This document shows, piece after piece, positions 1 through 10,446 of a DNA stretch of 64,000 nucleotides. Location of the stretch: the NCBI GenBank assembly GCA_965197905.1, contig CBDAOB010000003.1, forward strand, positions 224,001 through 288,000. Direction: 5' to 3'. The DNA is from Candidatus Latescibacterota bacterium. GTDB lineage: Bacteria; Latescibacterota; UBA2968; UBA8231. Position numbers and translations under genes: made by a program. The first letter of the stretch is position 1. Every line of letters starts with the position of its first letter. Under the pieces are notes generated by a model, which was not told the origin of the DNA, did no database searches, and saw only the letters and a list, made by a program, of their open reading frames with translations.

Positions 1-1277
1 TCAACTGCTGATCAAAGACTATATCGGTGAGGATCTGCGACCGAGTGAGCATCTCGCAGCTGCCTCGCATCTGCCGCCAAAAGTTGTCCGCCTCCTTAGT
101 AGTAGCCAAAGTCCCTGGTTTGCTGTGAGAAGTGCAGGGCAAGATACTTGACCGATTCATCGCCGACGTACGGCCGCAGCTTTTTCAGCTCGGTGAAGAT
201 TGACTTTGCGGCATCCCCAAACGCGGTGTGTTCGCCCGCCTTGAGAAAGGGAGCGATAGCTGCCCCTCCGTGGGCGACGGTCGTCAACCCACAGACCATT
301 TGCGAGTACGGGGCGGGATAGGGAGAACTGAGGGACTCGCACTCGGGAAGTATCGGCCTCTGGCACATCCAGAACCCGAACGACGGGGCGGCAGCTTTGA
401 ACCGTTTTGCGGCAAAAGTCGGGCTTTCAATGGAGGCCAGTCTGGAGAAGAAATAGGAGCTTCCGTTTACTGGATTCAGCGGATGGCCCATGGTCCAGCA
501 CATATCCGGGGTCTGGCGCGCACAACCACCGTAGTTGTACCAGTCAATGATGGCATCCGGATACCTGGTGTGCACCTTCTGCGTGACATGTTCGATACCT
601 TCAAGCCACTTGTCGTAGCGCCAGTTCATGAACCGCCTGAAGTCCATGGAGTCCAGGTCCACCTTGCCGGGCAGCTGCTGCCCCGTCTCCTTGAGGTAGA
701 GCTCCTGGCAATATTGGCAGCAACACCCCACGGTGAGCCGCTGGGTACCAGAATGTGAGCCCCAGTTGGTGTCATCGAAGTAGATGCCGTCAAAGTCCAG
801 GTTGTCAAACATCTCGTTGAGGTACTCGGGCAACCAGTCCCGGTACGGCGAGTTGACGCAGAACCATCCCTCGTTCCAGATCTCGGGTAGGCCATCATCC
901 AGCATCTGGATCATCCACTCCGGATGGATTTCGACCAACTTCTTGGTGAAGGTGAAGGGATAGTAGCTGAGGACGAGAATGCCCTTCTCGTGGCACAGGT
1001 CGAGAAATCTAGAGATGCGATCCGGGTCTGCATCGGGAGGCGTTTCCATGATCTTTGAAGGCCAGAGGGGTGTACCTCGGTCCCTTTCGCCACTGATGAC
1101 CCAGACCTCGAGGCCGGCCTCAACCCAACCCTTGACCTCCTCCTCTATGGTGGCGCCTGAAACGGCGCTATCGCCCGATCGCGGCGTCACGACCCTAGTG
1201 TGGTACTCGGTTCGGCACACCCTTTTTTCGTAGGGCAGCTCCTTCAGCCTTTGCGCGGTGGACCCTATTCTTTTCAC
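1..1277 (-). CDS. Glycoside-hydrolase-like TIM-barrel protein (GHL6/GH42-like), frameshifted near 97 and running off the window edge
   Basis: GTG at 1277 after AGGAGG. Motifs WFCVNSPYRDW, FDGIYFDD, CCCQYC. The ORF stops at 96, but an alternative frame continues KEADNFWRQMRGSCEMLTRSQILTDIVFDQQL to the window end. Confidence 0.6.
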
Positions 1278-1314
1278 GATCCTACCTCCTCGTGAGGCGT
1301 TTTGACCATCTATG

Positions 1315-2124
1315 TCAGCACGACCCCTGTGAATCACTGGGCACGGGCGACGTCGGATCGCGGAACAAAAGTCCGGCATCCGTCGTATGACAATCGATGT
1401 CGAGCATTTTCAGGCTGTGCCACACCGTTGCCTGATTGGCCGCCACCACCGGACGACCAAGTTCACTTTCGACCTTCTCAACAACGTTGAGTGAGTAGAC
1501 AGCAGTGTCTGGAATCACCAGCGGGTGGTTGCGGCCGGGCAAGCCATCGTCAAAGCGCTTGGCCTCGCGCAGGAGATCCAGCTTGATGGACACGCCGTCG
1601 TCGGCGCAGTCCAGAGCTACCATGGCCGCGACCTCTATCCCGGCTTCATTGAGAAATCGCTGGAAGGCGGTAGTCACCGGTGGGGGGTACGGGCCCAGGA
1701 GGTCAACGGTGTCAGCGTCCAGCGTCTCGATGGCGGCGAGCATGGCGAGCGAGGTGCTGGTCGCCGGCAACCCGGTCGCCCGGGTCAGCTCCGCGACTTG
1801 ATTGCGGGACCATTCTAGACCGCCAATGAAGCTGGCGCAGGTGCAAGGCCAGCTCAGCGCATGACAACCGGCATCCGCGAGCCGGCGGGCGGGCGGGGCC
1901 AGAACTTTCAGGTCTCCCGTCTGCCAGACCGAGTCGGGAGCGTGGCTGCCCGTGCTGAACGAGGCTTCGAAGAGGACCTCTACGCCGTCGATGCCGTGCT
2001 CCTCGATCCACCGGCCGTACTCCCCGGTTTCCCCGAGAAATGGCGCGTCATCGGGACTCATTCCGGGTCGATCGCTCGGCACGATCAGTCCAAGTCGTTT
2101 GCGGTTTGGTGCCTCGGTCTCCAT
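1315..2124 (-). CDS. Maleate cis-trans isomerase / Asp-Glu racemase superfamily protein
   Basis: LGLIVPS N-terminus, WPCTCASF, LGPYP, IPDTA, LGRPVVAANQATVW. Confidence 0.8.
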   Translation of the reverse strand: METEAPNRKRLGLIVPSDRPGMSPDDAPFLGETGEYGRWIEEHGIDGVEVLFEASFSTGSHAPDSVWQTGDLKVLAPPARRLADAGCHALSWPCTCASFIGGLEWSRNQVAELTRATGLPATSTSLAMLAAIETLDADTVDLLGPYPPPVTTAFQRFLNEAGIEVAAMVALDCADDGVSIKLDLLREAKRFDDGLPGRNHPLVIPDTAVYSLNVVEKVESELGRPVVAANQATVWHSLKMLDIDCHTTDAGLLFRDPTSPVPSDSQGSC

Positions 2125-2199
2125 TGAAACGTTTTCCTTAGCAGCAAACGGAACGCGCGGATCGGGACTCTCGACAGTCAGTGCGTTCGGAGCGGGCTA

Positions 2200-3054
2200 T
2201 CAGGCCGGCGGGTCGCCGTGCCACCAGTGTTCGAATGGGTTCGAATACAGGATGCGGTCGATCGTCTCCTCCGACACGCGCGGCAGCGCCGTGCCATCGA
2301 CGAACTGGTTCGCATGGCGCAGCCCGGCGATCGATTCGTCGACCGTGGTTACCGGGAAATCGGTGCCCCAAAAGATCTTATGAGTGACCAAGTATTCCTG
2401 CGCGCAGACCAGCATGTTGTAGAACTGCCACGGCCGGTAGAACAGGTCCGATATTTCGGCATAGACGTTGGGCTGCTTGCGGATGATGACAATGCACTCC
2501 TCGCACCAGGGATGTCCCATGTGGGCCATGATCATTTTCAACTCGGGGTACTTGAGCGCAATCGGTTCGACATGGATAGGCCGGCCCATATCGACCGGAG
2601 ACGGCCGGGTATAGGTCGTGCCCATATGCATGGTGAGGGGCAGATCGTTCTCGACCAGGTATTCGTAAACCGGCGTCAACCTTGGGTCGTCCAGAGCTAC
2701 TGCATTGTAAATCGGGCCGAACTTGACCCCGTGGAGTCCGAGATTCTTATGCGCATGGCGCAGCAATTCCATACAGTCAGGGCGGCGCGGGTCGACATAA
2801 GCGAAGCCCACGAACTTGTCAGGGTACTTGGTCACGGCGGCGGCGGTCGTCTCGTCATCGCCTTCAATGCCCACCGAATCGCCATAGCGTAGCGTAAAGA
2901 TGATAGCCTTATCGACCTCAGCCATGGCCGCGCAGAGCGTGTCGCCGTCCGCTTTGTTTCCCGAGAATCCTGGCCGCATGTTGGCGCGCTTATCATCGTA
3001 GTCGCCGTCGCGGTGGCGGTCCTCGAAGATATTGACGTGACAATCCACGATCAT
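2200..3054 (-). CDS. Amidohydrolase family protein (Amidohydro_2)
   Basis: IVDCHV, MHMG, MAHMGHPW, NVYAEIS, FWGTDFP. Confidence 0.9.
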   Translation of the reverse strand: MIVDCHVNIFEDRHRDGDYDDKRANMRPGFSGNKADGDTLCAAMAEVDKAIIFTLRYGDSVGIEGDDETTAAAVTKYPDKFVGFAYVDPRRPDCMELLRHAHKNLGLHGVKFGPIYNAVALDDPRLTPVYEYLVENDLPLTMHMGTTYTRPSPVDMGRPIHVEPIALKYPELKMIMAHMGHPWCEECIVIIRKQPNVYAEISDLFYRPWQFYNMLVCAQEYLVTHKIFWGTDFPVTTVDESIAGLRHANQFVDGTALPRVSEETIDRILYSNPFEHWWHGDPPA

Positions 3055-3069
3055 TTTGCTAGGACTCCT

Positions 3070-3588
3070 TCAAGCGGGTTCGATGAACATGGTCTCGCCG
3101 ACGGCGCCGCGGAACCAAACGTCGCGGCAGGACTCCGCCAATTCTTCGAGCTCATCGAACGAGGTTCCGGTGGCGAAAAGGGTGCTCGGCCCGATCCCGT
3201 AGGCACTGAGCAGGTTGTTGCCTCGCTCGTAGAAAAACGCAAAGTCGAGGATGAGCCCGTCCGCGTTGGGCTCCAGCGGTTGTCCAGAGAGCGTGTTGCC
3301 GCCCGCAAAACCGCCCGTAAGGCGCGCGCTGACCGGCGCGAAGAGCAGGTCGCCGGGTCCGGGATAAAGACATGCCCACTCCTGCGGCGGCGCCCCGTCT
3401 GGCATGGGGACCAGGTTGTAGATCTCGTTGTTCGCGTACTTCGCATGGTAGACCTGTTCCTCGACCGGCAGCATCCTGGCTACCGTCTCACAGGTCAGGG
3501 GTGAACGGTCCCACCGCATGCGGAGTTTGGTGCTGACTTTTCGCTGGCGCAGCCCCAGCCGTATACAGGCCAACTGTTTCTCTGCCAT
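3070..3588 (-). CDS. DUF3830 family (cyclophilin-like) protein
   Basis: SPLTC, HAKYANNEIY, PGPGDLLF, FFYERGNNLL, CRDVWFRGAVGET. Confidence 0.75.
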   Translation of the reverse strand: MAEKQLACIRLGLRQRKVSTKLRMRWDRSPLTCETVARMLPVEEQVYHAKYANNEIYNLVPMPDGAPPQEWACLYPGPGDLLFAPVSARLTGGFAGGNTLSGQPLEPNADGLILDFAFFYERGNNLLSAYGIGPSTLFATGTSFDELEELAESCRDVWFRGAVGETMFIEPA

Positions 3589-3636
3589 TTTCGCTCTTTC
3601 CGAATCGGAAGTAACGCGCGATGGAGTTCCCCGCCG

Positions 3637-4458
3637 TCACCGCCCCTTGAACCGGGGGGCACGCTTTTCCATGAATGCCCTCCGACCCTCTACGTAGTCC
3701 TCACTTGCGAAACACTGTTCGACCAAGCTTTCGATCTTTGCCAGGTCACGGTCCTGGGGATCTCGCGTCCCCTCATTCACGGCGGCCTTTGCGGCCAGCA
3801 AGGTGAGCGGGGCGTTTGCGGCGATCGACTCTGCGAGCTGGCGCGCGGCCGACTCCAATTCGGCAGACGGCACAACCCGATTCACGAGCCCCATCTCCAA
3901 GGCTTCCTGCGCGTCGAAGCGGCGTCCGGTGAAGAGAATCTCCTTGGCATATGCTGGCCCGACCACGTTCATCAGCGCTTTTATTCCGTGGAACCCATAG
4001 CCGAGTCCGAGTCGCGCTGCCGGGATACCGAACTGTCCGTCATCCGCCGCAAGGCGCAGATCGGCAGTGATCGCGATTCCGAGCCCTCCCCCAACGCAGA
4101 ACCCGCGAATCACGGCGAGCAACGGTTTTTCGATTTCCTTGAGAGCCGCATTGGCCGCCGACATGGTCTCGTCGTAGAACTCGATCTGCTCTTTAGTGTT
4201 GCGCTTTTCCTCGAACTCCGATATGTCGGCACCGGACACGAACGCTTTCTCGCCGGCCCCTCTCATAGCAACCACGCGCACGGCGTCGTCCGCTGCGAAT
4301 GCGGCGATGATCTGTGGAATGGCCTGCCACATATCTAGAGACACGGCGTTGCGTTTTTCGGGCTGATTGAAGGTGATCCAACCGACTCCGTTCTCTACAA
4401 GCGCCAGCATCCGGTCGGTATCGAGCTGAATCGTGATGGGATTCTCCTGCGGGGTCAT
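3637..4458 (-). CDS. Enoyl-CoA hydratase/isomerase
   Basis: AFVSGADISEF, GFCVGGG, FGIPAARLG, EGRRAFMEKRAP. ATG overlaps the stop of the CoA transferase. Confidence 0.9.
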   Translation of the reverse strand: MTPQENPITIQLDTDRMLALVENGVGWITFNQPEKRNAVSLDMWQAIPQIIAAFAADDAVRVVAMRGAGEKAFVSGADISEFEEKRNTKEQIEFYDETMSAANAALKEIEKPLLAVIRGFCVGGGLGIAITADLRLAADDGQFGIPAARLGLGYGFHGIKALMNVVGPAYAKEILFTGRRFDAQEALEMGLVNRVVPSAELESAARQLAESIAANAPLTLLAAKAAVNEGTRDPQDRDLAKIESLVEQCFASEDYVEGRRAFMEKRAPRFKGR

Positions 4459-5633
4459 ACGATGCCGCGGGTGTGAAGTTCCTTGATCGCTTCCGCTTCG
4501 CATCCAAGCTCGGCCAGAATTGCGTCGGTGTGCTCCCCTTTCTCCGGGGTGGCGCTACGGACCGACGATGGAGTCCGGCTGAGCTTGATGGCCTGGTTGA
4601 CAACATCGAATTCGCCGAGCACCGGATGTTCGACAGGGGCTCTCATTTCGAGATGGCGCACCTGGGCGTCGGCGAACACCTGGTCCATCGAATATATGGG
4701 ACCGCACGGGCATCCGGCTTCGTTCAGCAGCTCGATCCAGTACTGGCTTGGCTTGTTCTCGGTGATGTTGGAAATCGCCCGGTTAATCTCCTTGCGGTTC
4801 TTCGAGCGGAGGGCATGTGTCAAGAACCGCTCGTCGACGATCATTTCGGGGGCGCCAAGGGCATTGCAAAAGCGCTCGTAAATCTCCTCGCCGGCTATGG
4901 CGATGTTGATGTGACCGTTCGAGGTCGGGAATACCCCGGTTGGAATGATGGTCGGATGGTCGTTTCCGGCGCTGACGGGGATCTCATCATCCTTCAAGTA
5001 GCGCGCCGCCTGGAAGTCGAGCATCTGGATCTGGGCTTCCAACAACGACGTCTTCACCCACTGGCCCTTTCCGGACTGCCCGCGCTCCAGCAGCGCCAGC
5101 AATACCCCCTGGGCACAGAACATGCCGGCGCACAGGTCGGCGATCGGTATGCCTACCCGCATCGGCCCGCCGTCGGGCTCTCCCGTGATCGACATCAACC
5201 CGCCCATGCCCTGCGCCACCTGATCGAATCCCGGCCTGTCCGCGTAAGGCCCGTCCTGACCGAATCCCGAGACGCTGCCAAGGATGATCCGCGGGTTGAT
5301 TCCGGCAAGCGTCTCGTAGTCGGCGCCCAGTCGGTACTTCACCTGCGGCCGAAAGTTCTCGATAACGACGTCGGCCCGTTCGACGAGACGGTGAAAGATC
5401 TCTTTCCCTTCAGGCGCCTTCAGGTTAAGCGTCAACGATCGTTTATTGCGGTGGAGGTTCTGAAAATCGAATCCGTGTCGGTCGCCCCCAAGGGCCTCGC
5501 CCTGGTCCAGCGGCGATTCGATTTTGATGACATTGGCCCCCCAGTCCGCGAGCTGCCTGACACAGGTGGGGCCGGCGCGCACTCGTGTCAGGTCGAGGAC
5601 GGTGTACGGAGACAACGGCATTCCAGAAGTCAT
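4455..5633 (-). CDS. Family III (CaiB/BaiF) CoA-transferase
   Basis: VLDLTRVRAGP, GANVIKIE, RNKRSLTLNLK, ENFRP, GFGQDGPY, IADLCAG. Confidence 0.93.
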   Translation of the reverse strand: MTSGMPLSPYTVLDLTRVRAGPTCVRQLADWGANVIKIESPLDQGEALGGDRHGFDFQNLHRNKRSLTLNLKAPEGKEIFHRLVERADVVIENFRPQVKYRLGADYETLAGINPRIILGSVSGFGQDGPYADRPGFDQVAQGMGGLMSITGEPDGGPMRVGIPIADLCAGMFCAQGVLLALLERGQSGKGQWVKTSLLEAQIQMLDFQAARYLKDDEIPVSAGNDHPTIIPTGVFPTSNGHINIAIAGEEIYERFCNALGAPEMIVDERFLTHALRSKNRKEINRAISNITENKPSQYWIELLNEAGCPCGPIYSMDQVFADAQVRHLEMRAPVEHPVLGEFDVVNQAIKLSRTPSSVRSATPEKGEHTDAILAELGCEAEAIKELHTRGIV

Positions 5634-5986
5634 ATCTCAGTGGCTTTCTCTCGGTCACAGAGTCTGGGGACGGAGCGGAGACATGGTCCGAATGCCGAAG
5701 CTAGCTCGATTCAACGCACACAGTCAAGCTCGTCATGTTGCGGACCCAGATGGGTCGAAGCTAGGCATCAGATCGGCATCAGATCGGCATCGCGGTCACA
5801 CCCACTTCTCCCTCATGCCCAGCACCGATGTAGGCAGCCTACCATTATAGCCAAAACCGCCGGTTGCGGCAGACCGGCCAGTAGCTCCTGCGCAAACGAG
5901 GGCTCAAGCTTCTGTTGATGGCACATATTTTTGATAGATTATCCGGGAGCTTGGATTCGAGCTGTTCACCGGACCTGTATGTCGGT

Positions 5987-8944
5987 ATGTTTCGACTTTC
6001 GCAAATCCTCTGCCTCTCCTTGGCGATCACACTGGCCGGCGCCGACGTGCCCGAGCGGACACGCCCGCTGGATGAGGTGACTTCGGCGCGCCCCTTTTTG
6101 CGTTGGACGCGGCCGGGTTACCAGAACTACGCCCACCAGAACTTCTCCAACTACCCCAACCACAGCGTTCCCTACGTGGACACGCCGAAAGCCCGTTACG
6201 ACTTCCTGGGCTCGTACCTGATGACCGGGTACGATCTCTACCAGTGGACGGAGACGCGCATCCCGGGTCAGGAGTTTGGCAGTGCCATTTTCAAGGAATT
6301 CGGCCTTGACGAGGACGGAGGGACCTGGCCCAACGCGTTCGATTACATGGTGGCGGGCCGCGATGGCTACGGACGCTGGGGATATACGGTCATCGTCGGC
6401 GACGCCCTGATCGCGCGCTTCACCCCGTTGACGCTGTCGAAGGTGAATTACAACGGCCTGCGCCTCGATGTTTCCACGCCCCATATAAAACTCACGGGGT
6501 TGGCGTCGCGGCAGGAGCGGCCCAAGGATAGAGCCCGGAGCGTCGATAAGGCTTTTCAGGCAAAAACCCATTTTGCCGACGATTCCACCTTGCTTCTGGG
6601 CAGTCGGGCGCAGCTGGATCTGGGCCGTCTCCAGGTAGGACTCAATTGGGTGAACCAGCACGTCTACCAGAGCACCCAGACCGGCAACAGCCTAAAGGGA
6701 CGGTTGAAGCCGGACCAGCCCGTGATGGACTTTCTTCTCGTCCGTTTTGCGGACGACTCGCCGGGTGACGGTGCGGGCGGCGCCGTGGTCCAGGACCTGA
6801 ACCTGGTGATCAACGGCGAAGTGCGGCGCGACCTGGCGCCACGGGTCATCAGCCATCTGGCCGACCCTCCGGTGCAGGTGGGTCGTGTGTCGACGGCCAC
6901 GGGAGAATTTTCCCCGGTGTCGTACAACCGGTTTACGGGCTCTGACTCGAGCACCCGCTTTTTCAACGAGACCTTCTATCGCGAGCGCAATTATCCACTC
7001 TTCTCCGACTACCTGACGCGATTCGACCACGCCGCCGGCATCGACGTCAGCAAGGATGCCAACATCTCCGGTCTGGAATCAATCTTCGAGGTGCACTCGC
7101 CGGAGGACGAGCTCCGGGCTGAGGGCGAAAAGCAGCTGATCTTCGTATTCGATCTGTCGCAGGAACCGGCGGTGGAGTCGGTGGAAATCGAAGCGCTGCT
7201 GGGTAACGACTATCGAGTGGAAGTGGCCAGCCTCTACGAGGTGAACCCGCGCGGCAAAACCTATCATGCCCGGTATTCCGCCACCTACTACGAAACGGTG
7301 GCTCGCGCCCGCGGCAATGTGCAGGATTTGAGCAACCTGAAGTGGGTGCGTTTCCGCGTGGGCGAGAACACCGGACAGTTCGTGTACAGTGCCGACATGC
7401 AGCTGGTGCTGCCGAGCCTGGAGATCCACGGCGAGTATGCGCGCTCGAGCGTCTATTCCCGCTACCCGGGCCGGGTGGATGGGCAACCCGCCTTCGATGA
7501 CGCGCCGCGTTTCAGCACTCGAGGTGCGGCCTACTTCCTCAACGCCGTGCATCGGTTTGGTCGCGGGCTGTTGGGGGGCGAGCTGTTCTCCATAAATCCG
7601 CGGTTTCAAACCGAAATGCGCTCCTACCTGCACTGGGAGCCCGTTCACCGGTTCGGCATGTTCACGGCTGTGGTCAACAATACCATGTACTGGCAACTGG
7701 TAGAAGACAACGACGATGGCGATCGCGATCCCGACCGCCAGTTCGGCAATCCGATGGCCGTCAGTCCGGACCAGGTCGGGTCCGACCTGGACGGCGTCTG
7801 GCTGAATCAGGACGAGGACAATGACGGGGCCCCCGACGTCAATCGCAATCTCAATCGAGTACCCGACTATGACGAGCCGTTTCTGATGTTCGATGTGGAG
7901 CCCAACAGCTACGTGTATGGGCTCGATCGCAACAACAACGACGAGCCCGATCCGCGCGAAGACGACGGTGAAGTCGACTATCCGTACGACTATGACCAGC
8001 GCGGTTGGCATCTGTTCGGCCAATGGAAGCTGACGCCTCACTGGTCGCTGGGCTTGGGCCGCTACGAGGCGGCGGAGGTAGCCGGGAGCGGGCGCAACCA
8101 CGCCACCTACGGACTACTGAGCTACCGCCGAGAGGATCTTGGGCGGCTGCGGCGCCTTTTCTTCGAGAGCGGCTTGCGGCGGGTGCAGGATGACATCCCC
8201 GACGAGATCATGACCTTCAATCCAGATGTCGGGCACCGAACGGGCGGCTACCGTCAACGCGGGATCTTCTTCGCTGCCATGACCGAACCTGGTTTTGGCC
8301 TGCCGGTCTTCGCTTTCGTCGATTTCGTTCCCGATATATTGTCCTACCGGGACAGCTTCGTCAGCGACACCAGTCTGGAGGGCCATCTCAGGCCGTGGTC
8401 GAAGCTGGATGTGGTGCAAAAGCTTCGCCTGCGTTTCAACTGGCAGCGCGGCGGCGAGCTTTACAACGGCCATTTCCAGCGCGACCGCCGGCTGGATTTC
8501 TGGACCTGGGTGAGCAGAGTGCAGTATCCCATCTATTGGGGCGCCTTGAGCCTGACCCCTCAGTACAAGCTCATGATACTGCGCCTGGTCGATAGGGAGC
8601 GCGACGTGCGGTTGCAGTCAGAATATCGCTCGGTACCGATTCTGCGGTTGGAGTATCCGCTCTTGCGCCGGACGTCGTTGGCGGTGGGTGTTCAGGGTAT
8701 GGGGCCGGTTCCGTACAGGCGCGAAAACGACGCAGATCGAAGACTCAGCTTCGAGCAGCGCACTTCCTTCGTTTCCCTCAGAAATCGCTCGAAGTATTTC
8801 GGCTACGAGTTGGTGACGATCGTCGCATTCAACAAAGACAAAGTGCGTTTCGATCAGCTCTCGCAGAAAGATCGAAACCTAGACGTATGGAGCTTCTTTG
8901 TGCGCACGGTGATCGGCTTCACCGAGTTCGGACGCCCCCTTTGA
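5987..8944 (+). CDS. Large secreted/outer-membrane hypothetical protein with Asp-rich putative Ca-binding repeats
   Basis: Signal-peptide-like N-terminus MFRLSQILCLSLAITLAGA. Motifs DNDDGDRDPD, DEDNDGAPD, DRNNNDEPD. Amphipathic beta-strand C-terminus. Confidence 0.75.
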   Translation: MFRLSQILCLSLAITLAGADVPERTRPLDEVTSARPFLRWTRPGYQNYAHQNFSNYPNHSVPYVDTPKARYDFLGSYLMTGYDLYQWTETRIPGQEFGSAIFKEFGLDEDGGTWPNAFDYMVAGRDGYGRWGYTVIVGDALIARFTPLTLSKVNYNGLRLDVSTPHIKLTGLASRQERPKDRARSVDKAFQAKTHFADDSTLLLGSRAQLDLGRLQVGLNWVNQHVYQSTQTGNSLKGRLKPDQPVMDFLLVRFADDSPGDGAGGAVVQDLNLVINGEVRRDLAPRVISHLADPPVQVGRVSTATGEFSPVSYNRFTGSDSSTRFFNETFYRERNYPLFSDYLTRFDHAAGIDVSKDANISGLESIFEVHSPEDELRAEGEKQLIFVFDLSQEPAVESVEIEALLGNDYRVEVASLYEVNPRGKTYHARYSATYYETVARARGNVQDLSNLKWVRFRVGENTGQFVYSADMQLVLPSLEIHGEYARSSVYSRYPGRVDGQPAFDDAPRFSTRGAAYFLNAVHRFGRGLLGGELFSINPRFQTEMRSYLHWEPVHRFGMFTAVVNNTMYWQLVEDNDDGDRDPDRQFGNPMAVSPDQVGSDLDGVWLNQDEDNDGAPDVNRNLNRVPDYDEPFLMFDVEPNSYVYGLDRNNNDEPDPREDDGEVDYPYDYDQRGWHLFGQWKLTPHWSLGLGRYEAAEVAGSGRNHATYGLLSYRREDLGRLRRLFFESGLRRVQDDIPDEIMTFNPDVGHRTGGYRQRGIFFAAMTEPGFGLPVFAFVDFVPDILSYRDSFVSDTSLEGHLRPWSKLDVVQKLRLRFNWQRGGELYNGHFQRDRRLDFWTWVSRVQYPIYWGALSLTPQYKLMILRLVDRERDVRLQSEYRSVPILRLEYPLLRRTSLAVGVQGMGPVPYRRENDADRRLSFEQRTSFVSLRNRSKYFGYELVTIVAFNKDKVRFDQLSQKDRNLDVWSFFVRTVIGFTEFGRPL

Positions 8945-8966
8945 GTCGCCGTTGACTTATACACGC

Positions 8967-10096
8967 ATGACTTCCGCACTACCGTTGCTGGAAATTTCAG
9001 GAGGGCCGAGAGAGAGGGGAAGGGCGCACGGCGAGGCGTTTCGGGAGGAGATCGGGGCGTTGCTGCCAGCCTATTTCGACTATCTCGACCGGATGAGTCC
9101 CCGCGACGGGGTGGATCGACTCACGCGTGCCCGGGCACTGGAGATTACGCGAACCTATTTCGGGCCGGCCGAGGCATACGCATCGGACCTGCTGAACGAG
9201 GTGCGTGGGATCGCCGAGGGCGCGAATGCGCCGTTCGAGGAGGTGCTGGCGCTGAATGCGTTCCTGGATCTCTGCGATTACCTTTCGCCCGCCTTCGCGG
9301 AGGTCGGATGCACAACCTTCATGGTTCCCGGCAATGCTGACGGGAGCGGAGCGATAATTGGGCAGAGCTATGATCTGCCGGCATTTTTCGCGCCGGCGGG
9401 GGCGCTGTTAAAGGTGACCGGAGAGGAAGGGCCGGAGGCACTGGTCTTCACAATTGTCGGGACGCTCGGTTGCGCGGGGCTCAACAGCGCCGGGGTGGGG
9501 GTGGTTATCAACAACCTGGTTCCCGCCGATGCTGGAGCTGGGGTGCCTTATCCGTTCGTGATCCGGAAGATTCTGTCGTCAGAGCGGATCGGGGATGCGA
9601 TCGACGCGTTAGTGGCGAAGCGCCGCGCGTCGGGGATGAACTACGTGCTCTGTGACCGGCACGGGGATCTCTTCAATCTGGAGACATCGGCGGCAGAATA
9701 CGAGGTGCTCTGCCCCTTCGACGGGCCCATGGCACACGCAAACCACTACCTGACCGAACGGTTGAAGCCCTTGGAACGCAGAGATTGGAGCCAGCGTGGG
9801 AATAGCATTTTACGCTGGGGGCGGGCGACCCGCCTGCTGCGCGCCGCTGAACGGCCCGATGCAGAGACGCTAAAGAGGGCGCTTGGAGACCACGTTGATG
9901 GCCCGCTTTCGATCTGCAGGCACGATGAGGTGCATCACGGAGAAGGGTGCGGACAGACGATCTGTGGGATTGTGTTGGAGCCGTCAGAGGACGGACGTGG
10001 ATCGCCCGCGGGCCGTGTTGTGAACACGAATGGACTGAATACTGGCTTTCCAAGATAAAGAGGGACAGAAAAGAGACGCCGCCGCACGCTCACTGA
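8967..10096 (+). CDS. C45 family Ntn-hydrolase (acyl-CoA:6-APA acyltransferase-like), frameshift near 9988
   Basis: GGPRERGRAHG, GCTT nucleophile, GQSYD, GLNSAG, HANH. A family-like C-terminus (TWIARGPCCEHEWTEY) lies in a shifted frame ending at 10096. Confidence 0.8.
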
Positions 10097-10446
10097 ATTG
10101 ATCGAGCAGTCTGGACCTGCGATTCAGGAGGAACCCTACCGTTTTCGATTCACGCTGCGCGACGCAGGGTTGTATTCCTACTAGTTCGAATGAGGGACGG
10201 AGTATTGAGCGCTGATAAAATTCCCGCCGTGCTCGGTTCTTAGCGCTCAGTTCTTAGCAGGACGAGCGGTTGTCCCTCACCCACACCCTATTCTCCCGCT
10301 CAAACACTTCGAAAACACCTTCTACGCCAGCAAACGAAGGCGGATTCCTGTGGGTTGTGCGCTACGCCGATCGTGGTACGATGTTTGCGCCCCTTCCTGG
10401 TCAGGTTAGTCCGTGTAAAATTGGAGCATAGCTGGAGGATAGGGAG

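Noticed and set aside
5764..5791. Tandem repeat GGCATCAGATC x2.5
   Set aside because: Too short and without spacers. Likely a slippage duplication, not CRISPR.
4473..5918. 481-aa plus-strand ORF and similar ones (21167-22468, 26818-28044, 59407-60702)
   Set aside because: Antisense shadows of well-supported genes
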